From Ignicoccus pacificus DSM 13166 (lineage in GTDB: Archaea; Thermoproteota; Thermoprotei_A; Sulfolobales; Ignicoccaceae), in contig CP006868.1 of NCBI GenBank assembly GCA_025340205.1, forward strand, positions 1,260,001 through 1,292,000: a DNA stretch of 32,000 nt. The letters are read 5' to 3'. Positions 9,510 through 17,541 of this stretch are shown here, in pieces; position 1 is the first letter of the stretch, and every line of letters begins with the position of its first letter. The notes beneath the pieces are model-generated. The model searched no databases. It was given only the letters and a program-made list of their open reading frames with translations, and had not been told where the DNA came from. The translations under genes were made by a program, and so were the position numbers.

Positions 9510-9626
9510 GGAAACTCACCGTATTATTATGTATAGTGAGTAAGATCTTAGATCTAAGCAGATAGAAATAATAGGGGCTAGAGGAAGGGAGAACCCCCTA
9601 TTTACATTCACCGCTTACCGGAGGCG

Positions 9627-10358
9627 GTGGACCTCATGCTGTGGATAGTCGACCTAGACGGGGTCGTGTGGAAGGGAAAAGAATACATATGGGAGAACGT
9701 GGAGGCCTTGAAGAGATTAGAAGGAGAAAAGGTGTTCCTAACTAACAAGGCAACTTCCAGATGGGAGATAAGGAGGAGGTTAGAGAAGGTCGGACTTGAA
9801 GGAGAGGTAGTCACCTCCGCTTACATAGCCGCTCAATACCTCAAGGAACGAGGGGTAGAGAGCGCCTTCGCATTAGGTCCCTTCGGGCTCTACGAGGAGC
9901 TCGCTTTAGCTGGGATTCATCCTACTGAGAACTCGGAGCTAGCCGAGGCCGTCGTGGTGGGCCTGGATCCCTTCTTCACTTACAGCAAGGTAGCTGAGGC
10001 CTCCAAGATAGTGAGGGACGGAAAGCTATTCGTCGCTACCAACGCCGACAAGGTGTATCCTACGGAAAGGGGGCCTATGCCGGGAGCCGGGAGCTTGGTG
10101 GAAGCGATAAGGGCTGCCAGCGGAAAGGATCCAGTAGTCGTGGGGAAGCCGAGCAAGATAGCGTTCAAAGTTGCCTCCAAGGGAAGGAGGGACGTTATTG
10201 TAATAGGCGACAAGATGGAAACTGACATGAAAATGGCTATCGAAAACGGGGTTAGGGGAGTCCTAGTATTGACGGGAGTTACCTCTTCTCCTCCCTCAAG
10301 GACTTCCGAAAACATAAGAGTAGTGGGGAGCTTACGCGAGCTTTTAGATAGCTCTTGA
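9627..10358 (+). CDS. HAD-superfamily phosphatase (HAD-IIA / NagD-like)
   Basis: WIVDLDGVVWKG (motif I), FLTNKATSR (motif II), VGKPSKIAF, VIVIGDKMETDMKMAIENG (motif IV). Translation may start at ATG 9636. Confidence 0.85.
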   Translation: MDLMLWIVDLDGVVWKGKEYIWENVEALKRLEGEKVFLTNKATSRWEIRRRLEKVGLEGEVVTSAYIAAQYLKERGVESAFALGPFGLYEELALAGIHPTENSELAEAVVVGLDPFFTYSKVAEASKIVRDGKLFVATNADKVYPTERGPMPGAGSLVEAIRAASGKDPVVVGKPSKIAFKVASKGRRDVIVIGDKMETDMKMAIENGVRGVLVLTGVTSSPPSRTSENIRVVGSLRELLDSS

Positions 10359-11282
10359 GCTCTTCAGGAGCCATGAAGGGGTTCTTGAGAGCCCTCAGCG
10401 GGAGCACCGAGAAGTTACGATGAAGCTCGTTGTACACCTCAGAGAGCATCAGAGCCATGTTGTAGTATGCCTCTATCCACAGAGCTATGATGAAGATCAT
10501 CTGAGTGACGTAGCCTGGCAGGAGCAACGGTATTCTCTTGAACTGTATGGAGATCACGTAGGAAATAGCAATAGTGCTTATTGAGTATAGCAAGATAAAC
10601 ATGAACATTCTTCTTAGAAATGCACATATCCTCTTCATCACGTACTCATCGAAGCTTCTTAATGCGTATATCAGCTTGTTTATTCTAGCAAGATAGGTAG
10701 AGGTTAAGGAGGAGGTCGTCCTCTTGAGCTCTTCAGCGTACACCATTCCAGTGAGGGCTATGTAAACCAAGGGTACCAAAAGGGCGCTCCAGTACGTGAA
10801 CATTATTGGCGCGCATATGCCGAACTCCAAGATCAGGTAGGGTATCTTCTTGGTAAGAGGTGCGTTCCAGCTGGTAAGGGCGATGTGCATGGTACTTGTA
10901 GGGTATACGAGGGAAGGGACGATGGCAAGCGAAAAATAGGTCAAAAGCGCTATGATCGTCATCATCCACGAATATTCAAACCACACGTTCACTCTCGGTG
11001 TTTTTAAAAGCATCTCTTTGATGAAAGTAACCAGCGTATGTTCCAGTGACCTATACTCCCCGTTGCGCTTTATGAGGGCGCTGAAGGGAGGCCCTAACAG
11101 CAATATTCCTATGAATACCACTAGCACCACTCCTAGGTTGGTTAGCCATCTAGACAGATCGCCCAGAACTATGTAGTCCCTTATCATTGTGAAGACATAG
11201 AAGAGCGGCAACAGCAAATAGGCCCTTAGAGCGACCCCCCTTATCTTAGGGGAACCCTCGGTGAAGAAGTCCACCATGCTAT
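10279..11282 (-). CDS. Multi-spanning membrane protein, unknown function
   Basis: Several hydrophobic stretches. The ORF is open from 11409, but its Arg-rich N-terminal part coincides with a GC-rich structured region; MVDFFTEG near 11282 is the more credible start. Overlaps the HAD gene 3' end. Confidence 0.65.
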
Positions 11283-11329
11283 CCGCGATGGTCGCTAGGA
11301 CTCTCTTCAGTAAGTTGGAATGGGGGAGC

Positions 11330-11387
11330 ACCGGATCGGCACGGTCACCGCGGGCGCTGCGGCCCCCTCGCCGTGCCAGATCCCGGT
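11330..11387. ncRNA. Candidate structured RNA / long GC-rich hairpin
   Basis: ACCG-GATC-GGCACGG (11330-11344) pairs with CCGTGCC-a-GATC-c-CGGT (11371-11387); inner CCGC (11348-11351) pairs with GCGG (11359-11362). About 15 bp outer stem, far more GC-rich than surroundings. Confidence 0.4.
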
Positions 11388-11413
11388 ACCGTGCTATCAA
11401 CTTCCTCACCCCT

Positions 11414-12178
11414 TTAAGGCTCCCACGGCTCCACCGGAGCTTCGAAGGGAGGCTCCGCCAGCTTCACCTCCTCCACGTGACCGAAGCCCACTCCGGGGGA
11501 GGACCCCACTCCTAGGTAAGGCAAGTACTTGAGAGCCCACTTGAGGAGGTCCGCTAGGTTTGTTGGGAGGATTCCGTAGTACTTTATCGTTCCGCTGAAG
11601 GCAGGAACCTCCTCGTCGAAGTGTATCCTGTATCTCGCGAATGAGGGCCTTCCCCCTATCGCTTCTATAGCAGTCGCGATGAGCGATGCCTCGTTACTGA
11701 AGGAACTGTTGGTAGCCTCGCTCAACCTCCTGAAGAGGGAGTAGATCATCCTTGAGGGGCTTGGTAAGGGAACCCACGCCCCGTGGAAGCGGTAGTACGT
11801 CGGAAGGTGCTTGACTGCGAAGAACACAGCTTTCGGTTCCTCTGAGCTCCTAACTTCCGGTTCCTCTATCTCCACCTCTTTCACCTCGAGGCTTCTGGGA
11901 GCCACGTACTCTAGCGCACCAATTCCTTGAACTAAGGCCGCTACCTCCTCTTCAGCTCCCTCCCCCCAGAAGTAGGCGTTGAACTTGACCACGTCGCCCG
12001 GCTTTAGGGCGCCCTTGAACTTCTCGGGAGGGCTGACCCTTATGGAACTCGTGGGCTCCAATCCGGAGGCCTTCAAGGAATCGTAGACCACCTTTCCTGA
12101 GAAGACCCCTTTCCAAGCCCTCCACTTGATCGGCTTAGTAGCTACTACGTCTACTGACACTACGAAGACATGACTCAA
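11414..12178 (-). CDS. cas6: Cas6-like CRISPR RNA endoribonuclease (RAMP), orphan
   Basis: 254 aa; C-terminal SGTIKYYGILPTNLADLLKWALKYLPYLGVGSSPGVGFG matches the Cas6 Gly-rich loop; central PSPSRMIYSLFRRL and N-terminal ferredoxin-like pattern. TTG start. Confidence 0.7.
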   Translation of the reverse strand: MSHVFVVSVDVVATKPIKWRAWKGVFSGKVVYDSLKASGLEPTSSIRVSPPEKFKGALKPGDVVKFNAYFWGEGAEEEVAALVQGIGALEYVAPRSLEVKEVEIEEPEVRSSEEPKAVFFAVKHLPTYYRFHGAWVPLPSPSRMIYSLFRRLSEATNSSFSNEASLIATAIEAIGGRPSFARYRIHFDEEVPAFSGTIKYYGILPTNLADLLKWALKYLPYLGVGSSPGVGFGHVEEVKLAEPPFEAPVEPWEP

Positions 12179-12221
12179 AGAGTACGACCGGCATAGGTGT
12201 GGAAAGCGAGGTAGAAAAATG

Positions 12222-12896
12222 TTACTGACTCACTAGCTTGGTGTTGATCTGAACGATGTCCTCGCTTATGGTGTTTCCTCTTACCGTCTTTCTCCTCCTC
12301 TCTCCCTTCTCACGAGGGTGGAAGCCCGGAGGGCCGCTGAGGAGGGCCTTCTTCTTGACTGGTCCGGGTATGTCGGGCCTCATGGGGAAGCCGCTGTCGT
12401 CGCTTCCTCCGGTAATCATTAGGAACTTGCCCTTGAGGGTCTTTATTCCGAGCACTCCGGCGGGGACCTTGTCCTTTATCCTCTTTCCTAGGAATACCCT
12501 GGCGTCGTTTCCAGTGACGGTTATTTGGAAAGCCTTGGTCCTAAAGGCATCTGCCTCGAACTCGGTCTCGTTGAACCTAGCGTTTAGGAACTCAGAGCTG
12601 GCCCAGACCTCGTTCTCGGGGACGTTCTCGTCGGCCTCGGCGAAGAAGTGAGCGGTTACCTTCTTCCTCTTACCTTCCTCGTTCTTGTATACCCTTATCG
12701 TTATGATGTTATAGTCCGCCTTGACCGCCTCCAGCAGCTTAGGGTTGACCCTAGCCACCGGGAGGCGGGTTCCTCGGTCAAGCTCTGCCTCCTTGTCGAA
12801 GGGAATATCGTCCTTTCCGACCACCTTCACCTTAACCCCACGAGGCTTCGGCTCAGCCTCGGGGTCGTTCACCACCACCTTGAACTCCAGAGCCAT
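12222..12896 (-). CDS. rps6e: Ribosomal protein S6e (eS6), long crenarchaeal form
   Basis: FKVVVNDPE N-terminus and C-terminal KFLMITGGSDDSGFPMRPDIPGPVKKKALLSGPPGFHPREKGERRRKTVRGNTISEDIVQINTKLV. Confidence 0.96.
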   Translation of the reverse strand: MALEFKVVVNDPEAEPKPRGVKVKVVGKDDIPFDKEAELDRGTRLPVARVNPKLLEAVKADYNIITIRVYKNEEGKRKKVTAHFFAEADENVPENEVWASSEFLNARFNETEFEADAFRTKAFQITVTGNDARVFLGKRIKDKVPAGVLGIKTLKGKFLMITGGSDDSGFPMRPDIPGPVKKKALLSGPPGFHPREKGERRRKTVRGNTISEDIVQINTKLVSQ

Positions 12897-12928
12897 GGCT
12901 CTTACCAGGGGAGCTGAGGCCTAGAGAG

Positions 12929-12938
12929 ATATAAAAGG
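12929..12938 (-). promoter_or_regulatory. TATA box for rps6e
   Basis: Minus strand CCTTTTATATC about 35 nt upstream of the ATG at 12896. Confidence 0.6.
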
Positions 12939-13027
12939 GATCTTCTTTATTATAGAAAGATACTCTCTACCTCAGAAGACTCCTATAGCTTTTACTCGAC
13001 TCACTTATCTTCTCTAAGGTTCTAACG

Positions 13028-14374
13028 ATGGAAAGTATCGTGCTGAGGTCTGAAAACCGAACGGTCAAGCTCGGGCGGGTCACGGTCATAACGGGTAAGA
13101 GGAGAAAAGAAGCTCTCTTGAGCCTTTACTCATCCTTGGCTTTCTTGGACAAAGACGTGCTTACTAAGCTTATGAAGAACGTGCTTAGGGAGAGCTCGAG
13201 CTTGAGCAAGCTCTGTGAGAGGGCTTTGGACGCAATGGAGGTAAGAGAGGGTCCTTTATCGATGATCAGGAGCAAGAGAATCGATGCTTCTGAGAGATAC
13301 TTGAACTTGATAGCAACTATCTTAATTGCAAAGTCGCTAAACAAGGGAATAGATAAGGAGGAGGTAAACGAGCTGGTAATGGAGATGCTTAAGGACGAGG
13401 CTGAGGTGCTCGAGGAGGGGGAAAGCGTTAGAATAGAGTTCAAGAGGATACCTCCCCTTCCATTGGATCTTCTCAACGCGACCCTCTTAGAAGTCCTCGT
13501 AAAATCTTTCAACAAACTGGTAGCCTTGAGTACCTCCACAGAGCCCTTACTGGAATCATTAGATATAGGCAAAGACGATATTGAGGAAGCTATGAAAGAA
13601 TCATTTAAGGACTTCGAGCTCTCAAGGGTCTTCGAGTTACCGGTAACCGTTAACTTTGATGGAGCTTTGTATATAAAGTCATTCTTGAAGAAGATAGGCG
13701 AAGAGGGAGACTTGAAGAACCTCTCTAGCGTTAGCATAGGCTTCGCCTTTACAATAAAAGGTCTCAAAAATAACTTGATATTGATAATAAGACCATACGT
13801 TAGAGTGAAGGACCTAGGAGGAGGGCCGGTGAGCTTGAGGGCACTGTACGAGAAGATAGCGACGGAAGGGAGGGACTTGGTAAGAGAGTTCGTAGTGAAG
13901 CTCTTCTTCAGACCTGAGTACGGCGATTATTTGAGGAAGATTATTGAAGAAGCGACGCTGAAGCTAATGAGTGCCTCTTTGGAGAACGTATGCAAGAAGA
14001 GATATGGAATAGGAAACGTTAAGTACATGCCATCCGGAAGGGAGTCCCTCATGAAGGTTTTGAGGCATTGTGCGGATGACGAGGTATGGAGGGCTGGAGC
14101 GCACTTCCTCAGCTTCTCCTCTTTAGTAAAGCTGAACTTATGCACGCTTGAGAAGGTTCCCGAGTTCAAGAGCCTCGATCACTACCTAATCTTCATCGAA
14201 GACGTGGAGGAGGGACTAAGTCCGGAAGAACAAAGGGAAGTTTTCGATAAGCTCGTAGAGGGAAACGTGAAGGTAGTAGTGAGCACTGTAAGTCCGTTCA
14301 TAATAGAGGAAGCTCAGAGACTCAGGGACAAGGGAGTAATGCTCTATGACGCCGAGGAGCTCTTGGATAACTGA
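13028..14374 (+). CDS. Divergent AAA/RecF-OLD-like ATPase-fold protein with degenerate Walker A
   Basis: N-terminal KLGRVTVITGKRRKEALLSLYSSLAFL sits where a P-loop would be; later VKYMPSGRESLMKVL, Walker-B-like HYLIFIEDVEEGLSPEEQREVFDKL and VKVVVSTVSPFIIEEA (compare STHSP). Confidence 0.55.
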   Translation: MESIVLRSENRTVKLGRVTVITGKRRKEALLSLYSSLAFLDKDVLTKLMKNVLRESSSLSKLCERALDAMEVREGPLSMIRSKRIDASERYLNLIATILIAKSLNKGIDKEEVNELVMEMLKDEAEVLEEGESVRIEFKRIPPLPLDLLNATLLEVLVKSFNKLVALSTSTEPLLESLDIGKDDIEEAMKESFKDFELSRVFELPVTVNFDGALYIKSFLKKIGEEGDLKNLSSVSIGFAFTIKGLKNNLILIIRPYVRVKDLGGGPVSLRALYEKIATEGRDLVREFVVKLFFRPEYGDYLRKIIEEATLKLMSASLENVCKKRYGIGNVKYMPSGRESLMKVLRHCADDEVWRAGAHFLSFSSLVKLNLCTLEKVPEFKSLDHYLIFIEDVEEGLSPEEQREVFDKLVEGNVKVVVSTVSPFIIEEAQRLRDKGVMLYDAEELLDN

Positions 14375-14378
14375 AACC

Positions 14379-15467
14379 TCAAGAGCTTCTTAACGATTTG
14401 TAGAGCCATATAAACGTAAAGAACGCTACTACGCTGGTTACTATAGAAGAGGTAAGAGCCAGCGAGTAGTTGTTGCCGCTTATAGCTCCCACCAAGGGTA
14501 CCACAGTGAGATTAGCTATGTCCCATCCGACGGTGAAGAACCCAAAGGACTTGCTCTTCTGCTTCTCCCTCCCAGCGGTCGAGAGCACCGTGGGGCTGGT
14601 TATGCCCCATGCCATGCCTATTAGGAAGCCAGTCAGCGATGAGAACGAGATGTTCAGCGCCTTTATCGAAAGGGAGGAGGCTAGGACCGCCAAGAGCGGA
14701 GGGATTACTATAGCTACTGAGGCCTTGTCCGCTAATATTCCGGCTGGAACCCTCACTATTCCGCTGCCTATGGCCCTGGCGGAGAAGAAGGCGGAGGTCA
14801 CCTCGTGGGGTATTCCCTTCGACGCTTGATAGGGAGGCAGATAAGTTGATATTATTAAGAATGAGCTGGCCATAAAGAAGCTGGAGAAGAAGGCGGCGAG
14901 CCACCTCTTGGAGACCTTGAACTCCCCTTCTCCGTGAACTCTAACTCCCTTAGCGCTGTTGGCTAATGCTATCATTATCAAGGAGACAAGTGACGCGGAG
15001 AGGAGCACTCCGGGAAGCTTGAAGTAGGAGTAGAGGATCACACCTAGCATGGGTCCCAAGGTTCCAGCTATGGAGAGAGCGGTACCCCTAATCCCGTAGT
15101 GGAAGCCTAGCCTGGAGGGCTCGGCGAGCTCGGCTACTATTACCAAAGTTGAAATTAGAACTATTGAAAACGCTAAGTTGTTGAGTATTTCATATAGAAC
15201 GTAGCCTCCGAGGCCCAGCAAGGGGAGGAGGTAGGAGAGGGCGAACAGCATAGCCCCTAACGCTATTAGCTTGGAGGAGTCCGATGAGAGTTTGCTCACT
15301 CCAAACACCTTATAGAGGACAGCAGCTACTGAGCCCAAGGCAACGGCAAATCCTATGAGGGCTCCTCCGAAGCCTTCAGCGTACCTTAGAACGTACGGTC
15401 TGGCCATCGTATAGGACAGGAAGGCGAAGAACATCACCGCGTGGGACGCTAGGACCTCTCTCCTCAT
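14379..15467 (-). CDS. Major facilitator superfamily (MFS) transporter
   Basis: 362 aa, about 11-12 hydrophobic segments, GSGIVRVPAGILADKASVAIVIP loop. Confidence 0.8.
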   Translation of the reverse strand: MRREVLASHAVMFFAFLSYTMARPYVLRYAEGFGGALIGFAVALGSVAAVLYKVFGVSKLSSDSSKLIALGAMLFALSYLLPLLGLGGYVLYEILNNLAFSIVLISTLVIVAELAEPSRLGFHYGIRGTALSIAGTLGPMLGVILYSYFKLPGVLLSASLVSLIMIALANSAKGVRVHGEGEFKVSKRWLAAFFSSFFMASSFLIISTYLPPYQASKGIPHEVTSAFFSARAIGSGIVRVPAGILADKASVAIVIPPLLAVLASSLSIKALNISFSSLTGFLIGMAWGITSPTVLSTAGREKQKSKSFGFFTVGWDIANLTVVPLVGAISGNNYSLALTSSIVTSVVAFFTFIWLYKSLRSS

Positions 15468-15558
15468 CCCTCGATACCGCCGAGGGAAGGAGGACGAAGC
15501 TAATAGGGGCCTCGGAGCGCGAAAATGTCGCTCACCCTTCGCTAAAGGGCCCAGCTCC

Positions 15559-16485
15559 TCATCGGCTGATCATATCCCTTACCCTTCTCACGTCCTCCTC
15601 CAACTGCTTCAGCGATACTGCTTCTACCCCATCGTTGGTGGCGTGGTATATTTCCATAAGTCTTTCAATGGGCGTTCCGAAGACCTTCAGATCCCTCCTT
15701 ATCCTCGAATAGGCCTCTATGTACTCTTTATCCTTGATAAAGTTAGTATCCTTGTATCCTATGCAATCTACCACGATCACTTCCTCTGCGTTGTTTATCT
15801 GTTCATCGAAGCTCTCCTTAGCTGTTATCATCGAATATTCCCAGTAGTTTGGCCAGAGGCTTATTTCCGAGAACCCCAAGAAGAGTACTACGTCCTCTTT
15901 TATTATGCCCTCCTTGAGTAAGGAGAGGAACAAGGCAACGCTGAGGCCGTTGTCGATTACTCCCTTCCAGAGGGCATCGTAGTGTACGACGAAGATCTTC
16001 TTGGGGTTCTCCACGTTGCCCGCTAGGAAGTGCTTTCCTGCCCTACAGACCCTCCTCACCTTCAAGAAGCCCTTAATCTCCCCGTTCTTCAGTATCCTCT
16101 CCGCTCCTTCTCTTGAGACGCTTAGGGAGGGGCCCCAGTAGAAGACAGGGGTGGAAATGTCGGTAGGGGAGAGGAGCTTGGAGTTGAAGTTGACGTTAGG
16201 TAAGCTGTAATTAGTCTCCAGATCGCTGGAATCCTTGAGGTTCAGCTCTATCTCCCCTCCTTCGAAGCCCGATGGAAGCGAGGGTATCCTCTCCCCCTTG
16301 CTCTCAAGCCCCCATTCGATCCATTCAGGAACCAGTACTGGAAACAGGGCAGTCACAAAGGTTATATCATTAGTACTTAGGAATTCTTGTATCTTTCTTG
16401 CTAAATCCAAGGTCTTCTGGAGGTAGTCTGTTCTGAAGGTGTCGTATCCCAGCTCCCTTACTAAGTTTAGCAGTTCCCTTATCAT
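15559..16485 (-). CDS. M28-family zinc-peptidase-like protein
   Basis: KIFVVHYDALWKGVIDNGLSVALFL, VVLFLGFSEISL, VIVVDCIGY and IYHATNDGVEAVS line up with the M28 metal ligands. Confidence 0.6.
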   Translation of the reverse strand: MIRELLNLVRELGYDTFRTDYLQKTLDLARKIQEFLSTNDITFVTALFPVLVPEWIEWGLESKGERIPSLPSGFEGGEIELNLKDSSDLETNYSLPNVNFNSKLLSPTDISTPVFYWGPSLSVSREGAERILKNGEIKGFLKVRRVCRAGKHFLAGNVENPKKIFVVHYDALWKGVIDNGLSVALFLSLLKEGIIKEDVVLFLGFSEISLWPNYWEYSMITAKESFDEQINNAEEVIVVDCIGYKDTNFIKDKEYIEAYSRIRRDLKVFGTPIERLMEIYHATNDGVEAVSLKQLEEDVRRVRDMISR

Positions 16486-16590
16486 AACTCATTCTCACCT
16501 TGAGTAGTCGGATATAGAGAGGGATTCAAGAGGTTTTGTGACGAAAAGAAGCAACGCCGAGAAATACCGCATTCGCTTTAACAGAGATAG

Positions 16591-16752
16591 GTGAGAGTCA
16601 TCGGAACCCCCAAGGAGGGGCTGTTCGATCCCCTCGAGGACGCCTTGCTTAAAGGAGAGAGCGTTATCGATGGAGAGGTAGAGGAAGAGGTTTTAGAGGT
16701 TCACGTGGAGAAGGTAACGGAAATGAGGAACCTTTCCCTATCTGAGAGGTGA
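16591..16752 (+). CDS. Small acidic ORF, 53 aa (absent from the ORF track)
   Basis: GTG start directly after an in-frame stop; reads VRVIGTPKEGLFDPLEDALLKGESVIDGEVEEEVLEVHVEKVTEMRNLSLSER; fills an otherwise empty intergenic region. Confidence 0.45.
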   Translation: MRVIGTPKEGLFDPLEDALLKGESVIDGEVEEEVLEVHVEKVTEMRNLSLSER

Positions 16753-16787
16753 GGACTGCACCGGTTGCCGATCCGGTACGCAAGTCC
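16753..16787. other. Inverted repeat / hairpin
   Basis: GGACT-GC-ACCGG / CCGGT-ac-GC-a-AGTCC with loop TTGCCGAT; 12 bp in total with two small bulges. Confidence 0.5.
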
Positions 16788-16839
16788 CCCATATTTACCC
16801 TCGTGAGTCCACCCTCCCCTTCAGAAAGGGGAAGAAGTC

Positions 16840-17538
16840 TTGGATTATAGAAAGAGGCTGATAATGTCCATAATAGAGGAAGTACCAATAATCAGCGTCT
16901 GGAGGCTATCGAAGATATCCTTCATACTCGACAATAAACTGAATTGGATGGCTTTCGAGTGGAGTAAGGAGTGGTACGCGCCAACTCCCGTGGACATAGC
17001 CTCTACACTCGAGGAGTTGCTAATGGAAGAGTACATAGGTTATAAGCTGTGTCCCAAGATCTCCGTAGTAGCGCTGAAGAGCGTGAACAACAATAGAATT
17101 TTGAGAAAGAAGGTCAGAGAGGTGGTCCAAGAGACGTTTGCCCTCAGCCCAATGGAACTCTTGGAAAGGGTGTATGAGCTAAAAGGAATGAAGCCGGATT
17201 GCTGGACCTGTGAAATCGAAATGTTAATAGAAGAGGTAAACAAAGGAAAGAGAGATGCTATGAGAGAGCTCATCGGGAGGCTTACAGAACAGTACTCAGA
17301 TGCCATAAAGCTATTGCCCTTCATGTCGTTGAACAAATTGGAGGAAGCATTGGTTAAGATAGCCAAGGAAAGAGACTTGAGGAGCTCTATATTCATCCTC
17401 ATTGGCTTGCTTCAAGATCTAAGAGATGCAGCTTCCTTGGGCAACGTGAAGGAGATAATAAGGGCAAGGAAGAGGCTTCTTGATTCTTTGAGGCTTTTCA
17501 TAGACAACAGTTTTCCTAAAGACCTCATGAGTCCTTAG
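16840..17538 (+). CDS. Hypothetical protein
   Basis: 232 aa helical soluble ORF; TATA-like ATATTTAC about 45 nt upstream of the TTG start. Confidence 0.65.
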   Translation: MDYRKRLIMSIIEEVPIISVWRLSKISFILDNKLNWMAFEWSKEWYAPTPVDIASTLEELLMEEYIGYKLCPKISVVALKSVNNNRILRKKVREVVQETFALSPMELLERVYELKGMKPDCWTCEIEMLIEEVNKGKRDAMRELIGRLTEQYSDAIKLLPFMSLNKLEEALVKIAKERDLRSSIFILIGLLQDLRDAASLGNVKEIIRARKRLLDSLRLFIDNSFPKDLMSP

Positions 17539-17541
17539 GGC

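Noticed and set aside
9605-9626. CACCGC/GCGGTG hairpin in front of the HAD gene as a Shine-Dalgarno sequestering element
   Set aside because: A TATA-like CTATTTACA at about 9597 suggests a TSS near the start codon, so this hairpin is probably not in the mRNA.
11322-11394. GC-rich block tested as a tRNA (including intron-containing or permuted)
   Set aside because: No T-arm GTTCRANNC consensus, acceptor stem or CCA-adjacent structure on either strand.
12256-12651. Antisense ORFs such as 12256-12651 (+), 13126-13767 (-), 2123-2602 (-), 7957-8280 (+) and 24 others in the track
   Set aside because: They lie opposite well-supported genes, have low-complexity Ser/Leu/Pro-rich compositions and no recognisable motifs.
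12222-12896. Considered as a Cas7/Cas5-type partner because it abuts the Cas6-like gene
   Set aside because: The C-terminus (GGSDDSGFPMRPD...GERRRKTVRGNTISEDIVQIN) is unmistakably ribosomal protein S6e. The extra ~90 aa is the known long crenarchaeal form, not a novelty.
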